A stretch of 43,677 nucleotides of DNA, from IMG/VR virus record IMGVR_UViG_3300044109_000018, positions 1 through 43,677 of that record; one strand, written 5' to 3'. The notes below the pieces were generated by a model that ran no database searches, was not told the origin of the DNA, and worked only from the letters and a program-made list of their open reading frames with translations. The DNA is from a virus. Lineage: Duplodnaviria > Caudoviricetes. Below, in pieces: positions 42,463 to 43,677 of the stretch. Position numbers and translations under genes: made by a program. Each line of letters starts with the position of its first letter. Within the stretch, counting starts at the first letter, position 1.

Positions 42463-43328
42463 GCTTCATCATGCCGCCGTTCTGGGCGACCGGCTCTGGT
42501 CGCGCGGCCGCGCCGCATGCGGTGGCCGTCCGCGTGACGCCGGCGGTGACGATCGTGTCGTCCTCGATCGCGGCGGCCTCCGTGCTCGAGACGCTGACCC
42601 CGCACTGGCTGGTCTCTGGGGACACGGTGCTCGTCGCGGGGCACACGGGATCGACGCCGGCGGTCGACGGCTCGCGGGTCGTGACGGTGATCGATGCCAC
42701 GCATGTCTCGATTCCACTGAACGTCACTGTCGCCGGCGCCGGCGGGACGCTCACGCGGACGATCGCCGTGGAACCGTTGACGCTTGCGCAGGGCAAGCTC
42801 CGGGCTGGACTCGATTGGGCCGACGGCGATGCGCGGGACGCGCTGATGCTGGGGTTCATCGCCGCGGCGCGGGCGAAGGTCGAGCGGGACACGGGCCTCT
42901 CGCTCCTGCCGCAGACGTTCGATGTGGCCTTCGATGCGCTGCCGGCGGACCGCACGCCGATCACGTTGCCCTGGCGGCCCGTGCTGGCGCTGGCGTCGAT
43001 CACGTCGATCGATAGTGCCGGTGTGGTGCAGACGCTCGCGACCACGAACTACCACCTGGACCCGGGCAGTGAGGCGCCGATCGCGGCACGGGTCGGGCTG
43101 TCGCTGGCCGGCGCGTGGCCGACGGACCTGCGAAGTTTCCAGCCGTATGTGCTGCGACTCGTTGCCGGTTGGTCGTCGATCGCGGAGGTCCCCGCGCCAC
43201 TCGTTGAAGCGATGGGGATCCTGATTGCGCACGCGGCGACGACCGGCCGGGACCGGTTCACCGACGCGCTGAGCCGCGATGAGTACGCCGAGAAGATCGC
43301 GTCGTACGAGCTGGTCACGGTGGCCTGA
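42459..43328 (+). CDS. Head-tail connector (gp6-like) with extra N-terminal beta domain (289 aa)
   Basis: EPLTLAQGK..D..D.L...FIAAAR..VERDTG..L.PQT; VPAPL..A. Confidence 0.85.
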   Translation: MSFIMPPFWATGSGRAAAPHAVAVRVTPAVTIVSSSIAAASVLETLTPHWLVSGDTVLVAGHTGSTPAVDGSRVVTVIDATHVSIPLNVTVAGAGGTLTRTIAVEPLTLAQGKLRAGLDWADGDARDALMLGFIAAARAKVERDTGLSLLPQTFDVAFDALPADRTPITLPWRPVLALASITSIDSAGVVQTLATTNYHLDPGSEAPIAARVGLSLAGAWPTDLRSFQPYVLRLVAGWSSIAEVPAPLVEAMGILIAHAATTGRDRFTDALSRDEYAEKIASYELVTVA

Positions 43329-43677
43329 TGGGGATGATCGCGCCGAAGACGTCCGTCGGCGAACGTCCCCACAGGGTGACCTTACAGAACGGGGGCACGC
43401 CCGTCCCGGACGGCCACGGCGGGTTCACGGAGAGCTGGGTCACGCTCGACCCGGGGATTGTCTCGGCGGCGATCCGGCCCCCGACGGGCGAGGACTTGGA
43501 ACGGCTGGCCGCGGGGACGGTGATCTCGACGGCGATGCGGGTGATCACATTTCCCTTTCACCCCCAGGTGTCGACGTCGACGCGGGCGAGCTGGACGGAT
43601 CCCGCGGGCTACCTGCACACGGCGAGCGTGACGGGCGTCGACAACCCGGAAGGCCGCTGCGTCGAGACGGTCTGTCT
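43328..43677 (+). CDS. Head-closure / head-tail adaptor, 5' part (continues across the junction to 225; about 140 aa)
   Basis: ATG overlaps connector stop; RPHRVTLQ...PDGHGGFTESW motif typical of SPP1 gp16-like proteins. Confidence 0.85.
   Translation, partial: MGMIAPKTSVGERPHRVTLQNGGTPVPDGHGGFTESWVTLDPGIVSAAIRPPTGEDLERLAAGTVISTAMRVITFPFHPQVSTSTRASWTDPAGYLHTASVTGVDNPEGRCVETVC

Larger units (their letters stand above)
1..43677. mobile_element. Complete circular temperate phage genome (HK97-type head, non-contractile tail)
   Basis: Packaging, head, neck, tail, lysis, integration, immunity and replication modules all present; ends overlap by 152 bp inside one gene; attP is intact (excised form). 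Confidence 0.95.

Noticed and set aside
43526-43677. 152-bp end repeat as a biological direct terminal repeat
   Set aside because: It falls inside the head-closure gene, far from the terminase region, and the HNH/P27 terS layout suggests cos packaging; best explained as assembly overlap with one variant base.
1-43677. Alternative genetic code (TAG reassignment) suggested by TAG-ATG junctions
   Set aside because: Core genes are full length under the standard code and TAG ends several genes normally.
1-43677. Host assignment
   Set aside because: High GC, a lipoprotein and leaderless starts are only hints; a search with the att core is needed.

Overview
The window is an apparently complete, GC-rich temperate siphovirus-like phage genome of about 43,525 unique bp. 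Positions 1-152 repeat at 43526-43677 with one mismatch, which looks like an assembly overlap. Gene order: neck and tail module with a -1 frameshifted tail chaperone, tape measure and large hub/fibre protein (1-12.6 kb); lysis and accessory envelope genes (12.6-17.4 kb); a divergently promoted accessory operon (17.4-20.9 kb); attP carrying the 5' half of tRNA-Arg(UCU), a tyrosine integrase and the cI/cro switch (20.9-23.6 kb); an early operon with Xis-like protein, serine recombinase, a DUF5131 gene interrupted by an IS1595 element, and a replication initiator with iterons (23.6-32.2 kb); a leftward CSP/HTH operon; then HNH, terS, split terL, portal, S49 protease, HK97-type capsid and connector (33.7-43.7 kb). 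The most notable observations are: (1) an IS1595 with phage-like passenger genes inserted in frame, leaving the host gene open for 965 codons; (2) a TerL split into separate ATPase and nuclease genes; (3) two neck genes ending in a W-[IV]-x-x-G-W tag, each followed by a fibre gene with the same N-terminal module; (4) a rod-like RNA candidate of about 165 nt; (5) an HNH cassette with SymE/SymR-like antisense architecture that duplicated the holin start; (6) a tyrosine integrase with a divergent active site that would put a host tRNA under phage control; (7) NrdR-box-like sites before a serine recombinase. All calls come from reading motifs by eye; no database searches were run.
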